From Aigarchaeota archaeon (GTDB lineage: Archaea > Thermoproteota > Nitrososphaeria_A > Caldarchaeales > Calditenuaceae): a stretch of DNA of 64,000 bases. The DNA lies in contig JANXDH010000005.1 in the NCBI GenBank assembly GCA_025059745.1, positions 141,150-205,149 of the forward strand, read 5' to 3'. The translations under genes were made by a program, and so were the position numbers. Below are positions 37,544-46,120 of the stretch, one piece after another. The notes below the pieces were generated by a model, which did no database searches, was not told the origin of the DNA, and saw only the letters and a list, made by a program, of their open reading frames with translations. The first letter of the stretch is position 1; every line of letters begins with the position of its first letter.

Positions 37544-38023
37544 GTGGAGAGAGTCAAGATCAGGGTCGCGGACATATCTGACGTCGAGAGGATAATCGAG
37601 TTGGTCATAAGACAGAGGAGGTTGAACGAGGAGTTCGATCCACTGCTGAAGACCTCTCAAAGTTTGGTCGAGGCCGCGAGGAGCTACATGAACGAGGCCA
37701 TCAAGGGTCAGAGGAGCGTCCTGATAGTCGCGGAGGACGCAGGCAAGATCGTAGGCGTGCTGAAGGCGGATCTAGTGGACAGGCTCTTCTATGAGCCGTC
37801 GATAGAGGGTATCCTGAGGGACTTCTACATCCTGCCCGAGTACAGGAGGAAGGGACTGGGGGTGAGGATGGTTAACGAGGCCATAAAGACTTTGAGATCT
37901 CTTGGCGCAGGATTGATTACCGCCGAGTTCCCATCACAACACAGGATCGCCGTCGAGTTCTACAACAAACTCGGTTTCAGGCCGTTGATTAGTATATATG
38001 CGAGACAGGCTGAGGAGTCCTAA
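37544..38023 (+). CDS. GNAT-family N-acetyltransferase
   Basis: 159 aa with acetyl-CoA motif A region YILPEYRRKGLGVRMVNEA. Confidence 0.65.
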   Translation: MERVKIRVADISDVERIIELVIRQRRLNEEFDPLLKTSQSLVEAARSYMNEAIKGQRSVLIVAEDAGKIVGVLKADLVDRLFYEPSIEGILRDFYILPEYRRKGLGVRMVNEAIKTLRSLGAGLITAEFPSQHRIAVEFYNKLGFRPLISIYARQAEES

Positions 38024-38088
38024 ACTACCTATATCTCTGAGCGTTTGAAGATAGGTTTTAGTAGAGAGTAAACGTTCTGAGAAACGAA

Positions 38089-38499
38089 ATGTCGAACGTC
38101 CTTAGGGCTATCGGACCCGTAATCTCGATAATAATTATGAACAGCATCGGGAGCTACGTCTCCGCCCGCGAAGCAGGACTAGCCTGTCCTGATTGGCCCC
38201 TCTGTCCCTTCCCCGATAATGAGTTGGTGTTGCTAGAGTTCACACACAGGGCCTTCGCTATCGTAGTGCTGGTCACGATCGTGGCCGCACTGGTATCCGC
38301 ATTCAGGATCGGCGGTACCATAAAGAAGCTTGCGTTCACCGGTCTCACCCTCTTCTTGATTCAGATAGTTCTGGGTGGTGTGATGGTCTTATTGGCCCTC
38401 AGGCCTGAGTTGGTGGCGATTCACATGGCAGCAGCTAGCTCGGTCCTAGCGGTCTTCTCTATGTTAGCCATAATGATGATCCGTGGCGGTGACAAGTAA
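38089..38499 (+). CDS. ctaA: compact four-helix heme A synthase-like protein (CtaA/Cox15 half-size type)
   Basis: 136 aa, 4 TM, with Cys pair motif GLACPDWPLCP and His residues in FTHRAF and VAIHMAA. Confidence 0.6.
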   Translation: MSNVLRAIGPVISIIIMNSIGSYVSAREAGLACPDWPLCPFPDNELVLLEFTHRAFAIVVLVTIVAALVSAFRIGGTIKKLAFTGLTLFLIQIVLGGVMVLLALRPELVAIHMAAASSVLAVFSMLAIMMIRGGDK

Positions 38500-38568
38500 G
38501 AACGATGGTAGTGAACTGATGAACACGTTATATTTATCAACTTGCACGATTAGATGATTCACTGAAAG

Positions 38569-39000
38569 ATGGGTGCTGGGAACCGGGGGTCGAGGAGTTC
38601 ATCACGTAACATCATCGGTCGCCACGTGGTGGGCGAGGCACACGGATGTGACCCAGGGATTCTGAAGAACGTGGATTACCTGGCCACCATCGTCAGGGAG
38701 GGCGCTGCCAAGGCGGGGGCCACGATCGTCGGTGAACTGGTTAAGAAGTACGACGAGGGTGAGGGCGTCTCTATAGTCCTCGTGGTGAAGGAGAGCCACG
38801 TCTCACTTCACACATGGCCTGAGTACGGGTATGCCTCCATAGACGTCTACACGTGCGGGGAATCGACTGACCCGGTAGCAGCATTCGATCACGTAATCTC
38901 GTTCCTGTCCCCGAAACTGGTTACGTCGATAGAGATAAAGAGGGGCATGGCAGTCAATCACAAGATTTTAGAGAGGGAGAGGATACTGGTCAACAGGTGA
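38569..39000 (+). CDS. speH: S-adenosylmethionine decarboxylase proenzyme (pyruvoyl, SpeH-type)
   Basis: Self-processing site region VVKESHVSLHTWPEYGYASIDVYTCG. The start is uncertain, as the N-terminal ~15 aa are atypical. Confidence 0.8.
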   Translation: MGAGNRGSRSSSRNIIGRHVVGEAHGCDPGILKNVDYLATIVREGAAKAGATIVGELVKKYDEGEGVSIVLVVKESHVSLHTWPEYGYASIDVYTCGESTDPVAAFDHVISFLSPKLVTSIEIKRGMAVNHKILERERILVNR

Positions 39001-39908
39001 GGGAGATCCCGGTCTTCTGGGTCTCTGAGGTAGTGACGGATGGTCTCATAGAGCACATAGCGCTAAAGGAGGTCATCACCCAACACAGGAGCAGATTTCA
39101 GGAGATCTTCATAGCAGAGACCGTCCCGTTCAGTAGATGCCTCTTCATCGACGGAAAGATTCAGTCATCACTACTAGACGAGCACATCTATCACGAGGTG
39201 CTGGTACACCCCGCATCAGTAATCCACGGTAGACCTAGGGAGGTCCTCATCATAGGGGGCGGTGAGGGCGGCGTACTGAGAGAGGTGCTCAGGTGGAGGT
39301 CCGTGGAGGCCGCTACTATGGTCGAGATAGACGCTGACGTAGTGGACCTCTGTAAGAGGTACATGCCTGAGCTAAATAATGGCGCTTTCAACGACCCGAG
39401 ATCAAGACTATCAATAGACGACGGGAGGAAGTACCTCGAGGGCTTGCCCGATGACTCACTGGACCTGATAATAGTGGACGCGACCGATCCCGTGGAGGGA
39501 GGGCCCTCTCTTAGGCTGTACAGCGAGGAGTTTTACGAGCTAGCCTCGAGGCGGTTGAGGGATGGCGGCGTACTTGTCACACAGGCGACGTCTGTGGTAC
39601 ACAACGTCTTCGTCTACCGGTCTATCCTCAAGACTATCTCGAAGGTCTTCAGGGAGGTCGTGCCCTTGTCTGCCTTCATACCCTCCTTCTCGTCACTCTG
39701 GGGGTTCGTCATAGGTAGCCTAAAACCCATCCCGCGGCTCGGCCCTGATGACATAAACAAGACCCTGATCGACCGGGGCGTGAGCGGACTCAGGTTCTAC
39801 TCTGGGGAGACGCATCAGGTCATTGTACAAGTAGCTAAGAGTTACCTAGATGCTATCCCGAGCGGATGGAGGGTGATCCGCGACAACGAACCGATAACCA
39901 TACCCTGA
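38997..39908 (+). CDS. speE: spermidine synthase / polyamine aminopropyltransferase
   Basis: 303 aa with QSSLLDEHIYHE, LIIGGGEGGVLREV, VEIDADVV and IIVDATDP. It overlaps the speH stop by 4 nt. Confidence 0.85.
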   Translation: MREIPVFWVSEVVTDGLIEHIALKEVITQHRSRFQEIFIAETVPFSRCLFIDGKIQSSLLDEHIYHEVLVHPASVIHGRPREVLIIGGGEGGVLREVLRWRSVEAATMVEIDADVVDLCKRYMPELNNGAFNDPRSRLSIDDGRKYLEGLPDDSLDLIIVDATDPVEGGPSLRLYSEEFYELASRRLRDGGVLVTQATSVVHNVFVYRSILKTISKVFREVVPLSAFIPSFSSLWGFVIGSLKPIPRLGPDDINKTLIDRGVSGLRFYSGETHQVIVQVAKSYLDAIPSGWRVIRDNEPITIP

Positions 39909-39914
39909 TGGTAG

Positions 39915-39989
39915 TGCCTGGGCCGGGATTTGAACCCGGGTCACGGGCTCGAGAGGCCCGTATACTTGACCGGACTATACTACCCAGGC
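39915..39989 (-). tRNA. tRNA-Glu(CUC)
   Basis: Reverse complement: GCCUGGG-UA-GUAU..GUAU-A-CGGGC-CUCUCGA-GCCCG-UGAC-CCGGG-UUCAAAU-CCCGG-CCCAGGC-A. Confidence 0.85.
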
Positions 39990-40051
39990 ACGTGTCTCAG
40001 AAAACCTACGGGTTTTATTAAGTCTGATGGAGGGGATATCCCGACCACCTC

Positions 40052-41320
40052 CTAGACGATCACCGTCTCTCCCCGATTAGGCGCGTATCCGGTGGCCGAG
40101 GTATTCGCGCCCACCCACTCAGCGAGTGCCCTGCAGCTCTCCGGCTCTCCATGCACGCAATAAACGACCCCGTTCTGACAGACTTTAGAGATGTACTCGT
40201 GAAGTCCTGACATACCGGCGTGCGCTGACAGTTTGATCTGCTGGACGTTACACTTCACGTCGATGAGCAAGTTATCGATCACGACCCTCCTGTGGTTCAG
40301 TAGCTCGAATCCTGGTGACAGGGGGTCTTGAAAGCTCACCAGCGTGATCGATGAGTTGGGATCGGTCGCAACGCTCTTGACGTAGTGGAGCACCGGCCCT
40401 CCCTTCAGCATACCCGCTGGTGATATTATCACCCCGGGGTTTGATAACACCCGCTCCCTGTGCCGCCTACCCTTGACGTAGTTCACGCGCCTCGCCGTCT
40501 TGGAGAGGAGGTCCCAACCGTCTATGAACTCCTTATAGTGGTCCCTCAGGTACAGCTCGAGTACCTTCGTAGCCATCCCGTCCATCCAGATCCTCTCCTT
40601 GAAGCCGTAGGAGTGTAGTATGCACGCGACTTCCTGGGACCTCATCACCGAGAACGCGGGAACGACTGCGATACCCCCGTTAGAGACCGTACTGTAGAGT
40701 TCGTTAACGACCGACCGCTCCAGTTCTTTACGCGGTCTGTGTTCCTCTAAAGCATAAGTTGACTCCGTGATGACCACGTCGAACCCGTCCTTCGGGATCT
40801 CAGCGCCATCTAGCAACTTAGTCCTCGTCGTCGTGAAGTCCCCCACGTAGAGAAGTGTCTTGTCGGCTTTTATGACCACCTGATAGCTACCGGGGATATG
40901 TCCTGCATCGATTATCTCGATTTCCGCGTCCTTTATCTTCAACGTGTCGTTGTAGCTTACCCGTTCACCCATCTCGATCGCCCGGTTCACCTCACCCTCT
41001 CCGAATGGTAGGTTGTACTTGTTCAGCTTTATCATGTCGTTCATAAGTATCTCCATCTGTTCGTACGTCGGTTCCGAGGCGTAGAGCCTAGGAGGTCTAC
41101 TGCTAGTGAACAGTATCGGTACGGCTCCCGAGTGATCCAGGTGAGCATGGGTCAGGAATACCGCGTCGAGGTCCTTTGGGGCTACGTGTTCGGGGAAGTG
41201 AACCTGATCGCCCTCGATCTTCACCCCGTAGTCCAACAGAAACCTCGCGCCCCCTCCCGTCTTGACCAGTATCGCCGATCTACCTACCTCTTGCGATCCG
41301 CCGAGGAATTTTATCTCTAT
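40052..41320 (-). CDS. metallo-beta-lactamase / beta-CASP ribonuclease (aCPSF2-like)
   Basis: Motif THAHLDHSG plus the beta-CASP region. The conserved N-terminal strand IEIKFLGGSQEVGRSAILVKTGGGARFLLDYG continues in frame upstream of the track start (41236) to a stop at 41324-41326. No ATG/GTG/TTG occurs in that extension, so the 5' end is provisional. Confidence 0.7.
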   Translation of the reverse strand: MEIKFLGGSQEVGRSAILVKTGGGARFLLDYGVKIEGDQVHFPEHVAPKDLDAVFLTHAHLDHSGAVPILFTSSRPPRLYASEPTYEQMEILMNDMIKLNKYNLPFGEGEVNRAIEMGERVSYNDTLKIKDAEIEIIDAGHIPGSYQVVIKADKTLLYVGDFTTTRTKLLDGAEIPKDGFDVVITESTYALEEHRPRKELERSVVNELYSTVSNGGIAVVPAFSVMRSQEVACILHSYGFKERIWMDGMATKVLELYLRDHYKEFIDGWDLLSKTARRVNYVKGRRHRERVLSNPGVIISPAGMLKGGPVLHYVKSVATDPNSSITLVSFQDPLSPGFELLNHRRVVIDNLLIDVKCNVQQIKLSAHAGMSGLHEYISKVCQNGVVYCVHGEPESCRALAEWVGANTSATGYAPNRGETVIV

Positions 41321-41469
41321 ATTTCATCACCCTCAGATCTTGAATCGATCTCTGCAAGAGAGTTCTCTTAAGTATCTTATATACATGTCCACCGTAACGC
41401 GAGATCACCTACGAGACCCACTCGCGACAGATTCATAAATTGCCGCTCCCATAATATGGTCGATCTGCA

Positions 41470-41544
41470 GCCTGGGTAGTATAGCCAGGTCTAGTATCGG
41501 CGGCTGTCGCCCGCCGGACCCGGGTTCAAATCCCGGCCCAGGCG
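41470..41544 (+). tRNA. tRNA-Asp(GUC)
   Basis: GCCUGGG-UA-GUAU..GUAU-C-GGCGG-CUGUCGC-CCGCC-GGAC-CCGGG-UUCAAAU-CCCGG-CCCAGGC-G. Confidence 0.85.
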
Positions 41545-41566
41545 CACCGTGACAAACTCCGCTCAC

Positions 41567-44071
41567 TCACCCCTTCAACTCTACCGTCTTTGAGATCAGA
41601 GTCATCCTATCGACCAGCTTCCTGTTCTCCTCTCGAAGCTTCTCTACCTCCTCACGGAGCATCCTGTACTCCGACCCCTTCTCCATGTGAGACCTAATCT
41701 TTTCGGATACGTCCCGGGCCGACCGCCTGTTCATCTCGTAGACGTCGTCGACCAAGGAGTTTAAAACCGGTAACACCTCGGGAGACATAGTCTCTCTGCA
41801 CGCCGCTATAACTGCCTGCCTAATCCTGAAGTTCTCGCTCCGCGCGGCGTGGGTTAGTACGTCAATTATCTCCTTATTCAATGAGAACCTTCCTAGACAG
41901 ATTATCGCGGCGGCCCTCACCACTGTTGGCACGTCATCCCTCGTGTACCTGATTATTACTCTCAGGGACTCCTCGTCGCCTATCTCTGAGAGACCTCTCA
42001 GTACGCCCACAGTTATCGAGTGGTTGTGAGAGGGCTTGTCTATGACCTTAAGGAGGACGTCCCTGTACCTCCCGTCTCTCTTCTTCCCCAGACTTATAGC
42101 AGCAGACTGCCTGACGTAGTAGCTCTCTTCGTCGTTCATCAGAACCTCTGTAAGGGCCATCGCCACGTCCTCGTCCCTGAAGTGACCCAGCGCATCGCAT
42201 AGTGCCCTTTTAACGCGAGGGTTCTTCACGGACCTCAGGCACTCTAGAAGGGACGACTTTGCCATCTCTCCCCCGCACTCACCTAATGCCCTTGCCGCCT
42301 CTGCCGCCACCCCCCAGAACGGATCCTTGAGTACGGCCTCTCTAAGAGCCTCTATCGCGACCGGTCCCCCCAGTTTCCCAAGCGCCCTAGCCGCAAGTAT
42401 CCTGCAGTACACGTGTTCCTCCTCCCTCAGGACCCTACCCCAGACCTCATCGGATCGTTCGTACTCCAGCGTCTTGAACACCTCGAAGTGGGGGTCAACG
42501 CACACGTAATCGGGCCTCCTCTTCAGTGGAACAACGATCGTCTCCTCCCTCTCCGATAGCTCCACTTGCAAACTCTCTCGCAGGTCACCCATCTTGATCT
42601 CTACCTTGATGGGCAACCAGTAAGCCTCGAGCGAGTCGTCGGATTGCGTCTGTTTGATCTTCAGTGTGAGGAGTCCCCTCTCCTCATCCCACTTCTCTTG
42701 AACCTTCAAGGAGGGGTGCCCTGCGTTGTAGAAGAACTGCTCAAAGAACCTCTCGAGGTTCCTGCCTGAGACCTCCTCCATGACCTTTCTGAAGTCATCT
42801 GTGTCCGCGACTCGATACTCGAACCTTTTCAAGAACAGGTTCAGACCTTTACGGAAGACCTCCTCTCCCAATAGAGATCTCAGAGTGTTTACAATGAGTC
42901 CCCCCTTCGGATATGCATGCGCATCGAAGAGCTCGGACGGGAACTTGTAGACCCTTGTGACTATGGGCCTCGCGTACCTGTTGCGGTACTCCTCGAGGTA
43001 AGAGTCCATGTCCCTCACGAGCTCGTACACGAACTCATCCTCGCCCTTGTCGTACCTCACGAAGAGGTTCTCGAGGAAGGTCGCCATGCTCTCGTTTATC
43101 CATATATGGGACCAGTCCTTGCAGGTGACCAGATCTCCGAACCACTGGTGTGCAGCCTCATGTGCGACCAATGGATCGCTGCTGAAGTCGGCGTGGGCCT
43201 TCTCATCGTGTAAGGTCAGCTCGGTCAGGGTGGTAGCCGTGGTGTTCTCCATACCACCGAAGATGAACTCAGCGACCGTCACCTGAGAGTAACTGTTGAA
43301 GGGGTATCTGTACCCGAGGTAATCGCTGAAGAAGTCGATCATCTTTCTCGTCTTCGAGAAGCTGAGGTGTGCGTTACTCCTCCAGCCCGGGGTCACGAAG
43401 TACCTGAGGACGTACCCGTCCCCTTGCTCGACTATCTCCTCGAATACACCGGCGACCAGGCTTATCAGGTACCCTGAGTGTGGCACCCGCATCTTGTAGT
43501 GCCACGTGGCGGACCCTCCATCGACCTCCTTAGAGATCAGATCTCCGTTCGAGATCACCACCATCTCTCTGGGCACCCTGACTACGAGCTCATTAGGGAA
43601 CTTCACGACTGGATGATCGGGGAGCGGCATCCAGTACCTGTTGTAGTTAGTCTCTCCCTGTGACCAGACCTGTGGATATCTCTGGGGGTGGGCCTTATCC
43701 GGGAGAACGAAGTGGAGCCCCTTCCTCGGGGTCGCACTGTACTCGATCTCCGCAATGAGCTCGGGTCGCTCCGCCTTGAACTTGAGCCTCCTACCGTCGT
43801 AGTCCCACTCCACCGGTCTTCCGTCGACACTCACACCGTAGATCCTCATCTCGGAGGCGTCCAGCTCTATCCAACCCGGCTGACCCTTGAGGAGCCTTAT
43901 ATGAATCTCCGACCTGCCAGTGACGCTCCTCCTATCGAAGTCTACCGTTAAATGAAGCAGGTAGTTCTTGACCTCATAGTTGTACTCAGGAGGGTAGTTG
44001 GAGGCATACTCGGGGTAAACGAACCCCCTGCCGGGCTTTGCGTAATGGTGGACGATGGGGCACAAGCTCAC
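41567..44071 (-). CDS. M1-family aminopeptidase (aminopeptidase N / tricorn-interacting-factor-like) with C-terminal HEAT repeats and coiled coil
   Basis: 834 aa with exopeptidase motif FGGMENTT and zinc site HEAAHQWFGDLVTCKDWSHIWINE. The C-terminal ~280 aa contain repeated ARALG/AA..LG HEAT-like units and a terminal EVEKLREENRKL coiled coil. Confidence 0.85.
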   Translation of the reverse strand: MSLCPIVHHYAKPGRGFVYPEYASNYPPEYNYEVKNYLLHLTVDFDRRSVTGRSEIHIRLLKGQPGWIELDASEMRIYGVSVDGRPVEWDYDGRRLKFKAERPELIAEIEYSATPRKGLHFVLPDKAHPQRYPQVWSQGETNYNRYWMPLPDHPVVKFPNELVVRVPREMVVISNGDLISKEVDGGSATWHYKMRVPHSGYLISLVAGVFEEIVEQGDGYVLRYFVTPGWRSNAHLSFSKTRKMIDFFSDYLGYRYPFNSYSQVTVAEFIFGGMENTTATTLTELTLHDEKAHADFSSDPLVAHEAAHQWFGDLVTCKDWSHIWINESMATFLENLFVRYDKGEDEFVYELVRDMDSYLEEYRNRYARPIVTRVYKFPSELFDAHAYPKGGLIVNTLRSLLGEEVFRKGLNLFLKRFEYRVADTDDFRKVMEEVSGRNLERFFEQFFYNAGHPSLKVQEKWDEERGLLTLKIKQTQSDDSLEAYWLPIKVEIKMGDLRESLQVELSEREETIVVPLKRRPDYVCVDPHFEVFKTLEYERSDEVWGRVLREEEHVYCRILAARALGKLGGPVAIEALREAVLKDPFWGVAAEAARALGECGGEMAKSSLLECLRSVKNPRVKRALCDALGHFRDEDVAMALTEVLMNDEESYYVRQSAAISLGKKRDGRYRDVLLKVIDKPSHNHSITVGVLRGLSEIGDEESLRVIIRYTRDDVPTVVRAAAIICLGRFSLNKEIIDVLTHAARSENFRIRQAVIAACRETMSPEVLPVLNSLVDDVYEMNRRSARDVSEKIRSHMEKGSEYRMLREEVEKLREENRKLVDRMTLISKTVELKG

Positions 44072-45195
44072 GATCCCCAGATCCTCGGCCTTTGAAATAT
44101 TTTACTCGATAGTCTCTCTAAAAGTCTCGGCTCCATCACGGTCACGTAGAGGTAAGCCAGCGCTACAGCCCTGATCAACGCAAAGATCTGGGTAGGTGAC
44201 CCAGGCATCAGCGGGTTATAATTGCCGAACCATGAGAGTATGATGAGGACGTTCGAGGACTCGAGTATCGGGTAGGCAAGGGCCACTGAGTTTAGGGGGA
44301 GTAACGGCATCAAGGGCACGAGCCACACCAGCATCTGGGGCGTGAAGACGTAGGACCCCAGGAGGAAAGCAGATAGGACCGTGAAGGAGCTCCTGAGGAG
44401 ATCGGTGGCATTTATGTAGCTCTTGAGGATGAGGTATCCCATGAGCACGAACGAGAAAGTCCTCGCAGACTGAGAGTACGGGTCTCCGAATATCCATACG
44501 AACCAAGCGTTCTCGAGATACCAAGTCGAGTGATACCTGAGGAACTCCGATAACCAGCCGGGGTTCAGCACAATCACTGGCAAGAGCGGAACTGCTGCAC
44601 CTATTATCGCATATGCAACCGTCCTCGGCATCTCGGCCTTGCTAGAGAAGATCAGGTAGACCGGGAGGAGAAAGACGCTGATCAGTTTGGTCGATATGGA
44701 GACGCCCAAGAGGAGAGCGCCAACGCTCCTACGACCCGAGAGGTACGCGATCAATGAGAGAGTTACCAGAGCGATGAAGAAGTGGTCGAAGTTATAGATG
44801 CCGTATACGATGAGCGATGGTGAGAGCACGAGCATCGGCGCCATCCACCCCCTTCCGGCCCTGTTCGAGATCCAGTAAGTGGTGAACCCGAGTGCAATGA
44901 AAGCCGGCAAGCTTAACGTCGAGAACGATAGATAGTAATTCATCAACGAGTCGCCACCGATCGAGATTGAAGCGTATACTATAAAGCACGCTAGGGGCGG
45001 GTACTCAAAGAAGTAATCCACGCACGTACTCCTCTCTCCGGGCTCATAGATCCCCCTGTACCAAAAGGAGACTACGTCGCTGTATATCGACCAAGGAGTA
45101 TCCGGCATGTGTAAGAGGACGCTAGCTGTCCATGAGACGACGGATAAGGATAATGCGAGAAGAAGCAGGTAGTTGATCCTCGATCTCCCGCTCAA
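44068..45195 (-). CDS. polytopic membrane protein, putative GT-C-type glycosyltransferase (DUF2029-like)
   Basis: 375 aa, ~10 TM, with an FEYPPLA motif in the first loop. Its stop overlaps the aminopeptidase start by 4 nt. Confidence 0.4.
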   Translation of the reverse strand: MSGRSRINYLLLLALSLSVVSWTASVLLHMPDTPWSIYSDVVSFWYRGIYEPGERSTCVDYFFEYPPLACFIVYASISIGGDSLMNYYLSFSTLSLPAFIALGFTTYWISNRAGRGWMAPMLVLSPSLIVYGIYNFDHFFIALVTLSLIAYLSGRRSVGALLLGVSISTKLISVFLLPVYLIFSSKAEMPRTVAYAIIGAAVPLLPVIVLNPGWLSEFLRYHSTWYLENAWFVWIFGDPYSQSARTFSFVLMGYLILKSYINATDLLRSSFTVLSAFLLGSYVFTPQMLVWLVPLMPLLPLNSVALAYPILESSNVLIILSWFGNYNPLMPGSPTQIFALIRAVALAYLYVTVMEPRLLERLSSKIFQRPRIWGS

Positions 45196-45268
45196 TACCT
45201 ACTCAGTCGTGGGAGAGTGGCCTTCGGTTTTTATAAAGCCTTAATCAGTCTTATAGAAAGGTGGAAGG

Positions 45269-46048
45269 TTGGTCAGTGTCTTGGAGGTAAAGGACCTGTG
45301 GGTGAGCGTTGAGGGTAAGGAGATACTGAGGGGGACGAACCTCGTCTTGAAGCAGGGCGAGATCCACGCGTTGATGGGACCCAACGGCAGTGGTAAGAGC
45401 ACCCTCGCTTACGCGATAATGGGTCACCCCAAGTACTCCGTCGAGAGGGGCGATATACTGCTAGACGGTGAGAGCCTCTTGGAACTCTCACCAGACCAGA
45501 GGTCAAAGAAAGGGATCTTCCTAGCGTTCCAGTACCCGATCGAGATAAGCGGCGTGACGATGGCGAACTTCCTGAGGAGGGCATACCTCGCGGTCAGGGC
45601 CGAGGGCGGGGCTAACAGCAAGGTGTCCGTCGCTGAGTTCCAGTCGATCCTCAACAGGAACTTCCAGTTACTCAAGATGGAACCCTCCTTCAGCAGGCGA
45701 TACGTCAATGAGGGCTTCTCTGGGGGCGAGAAGAAGAGGGGCGAGATAGTTCAGCTGGCGACGTTGAGGCCGAAGATAGCGATACTTGACGAGACCGACT
45801 CCGGCCTCGATATAGACAGCGTTAGGATAGTGGCCGACGCTGTGAGGGATATAGTGCAGCGTGACGGTACGGGGGTACTCGTGATCACTCACTACGCGAG
45901 GATACTCAACTACCTGAGGCCGGATTTCGTGCACGTGATGTTCAACGGACGCGTAGTCGTGTCGGGTGGGTTCGAACTAGCTCAGGAGCTGGAGAGGAAG
46001 GGGTACGTAGACATCGAGTCTAAGTACGTCCTGAACACCAAACAATGA
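45269..46048 (+). CDS. sufC: Fe-S cluster assembly ATPase SufC
   Basis: Walker A GPNGSGKST, FSGGEKKR, ILDETDSGLDID and ITHY. An alternative TTG start at 45281 is possible. Confidence 0.85.
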   Translation: MVSVLEVKDLWVSVEGKEILRGTNLVLKQGEIHALMGPNGSGKSTLAYAIMGHPKYSVERGDILLDGESLLELSPDQRSKKGIFLAFQYPIEISGVTMANFLRRAYLAVRAEGGANSKVSVAEFQSILNRNFQLLKMEPSFSRRYVNEGFSGGEKKRGEIVQLATLRPKIAILDETDSGLDIDSVRIVADAVRDIVQRDGTGVLVITHYARILNYLRPDFVHVMFNGRVVVSGGFELAQELERKGYVDIESKYVLNTKQ

Positions 46049-46120
46049 GCTCCTATTAACTTAACATAGTTCAAGGTATACGAAAACATTTATTGGCCCA
46101 CGCGAACATATAAGCAGGGG

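Noticed and set aside
38472-38565. C/D-box sRNA-like strings (aATGATGA ... CTGA, and CTGATGA-12 nt-...-12 nt-CTGA, 50 nt) at the ctaA 3' end and speH upstream region
   Set aside because: The internal D' and C' boxes are very degenerate. No terminal stem forms from the flanks. The AT-rich middle (acgttatatttatc) is better explained as the speH TATA box. This cannot be supported without a covariance or guide-target search.
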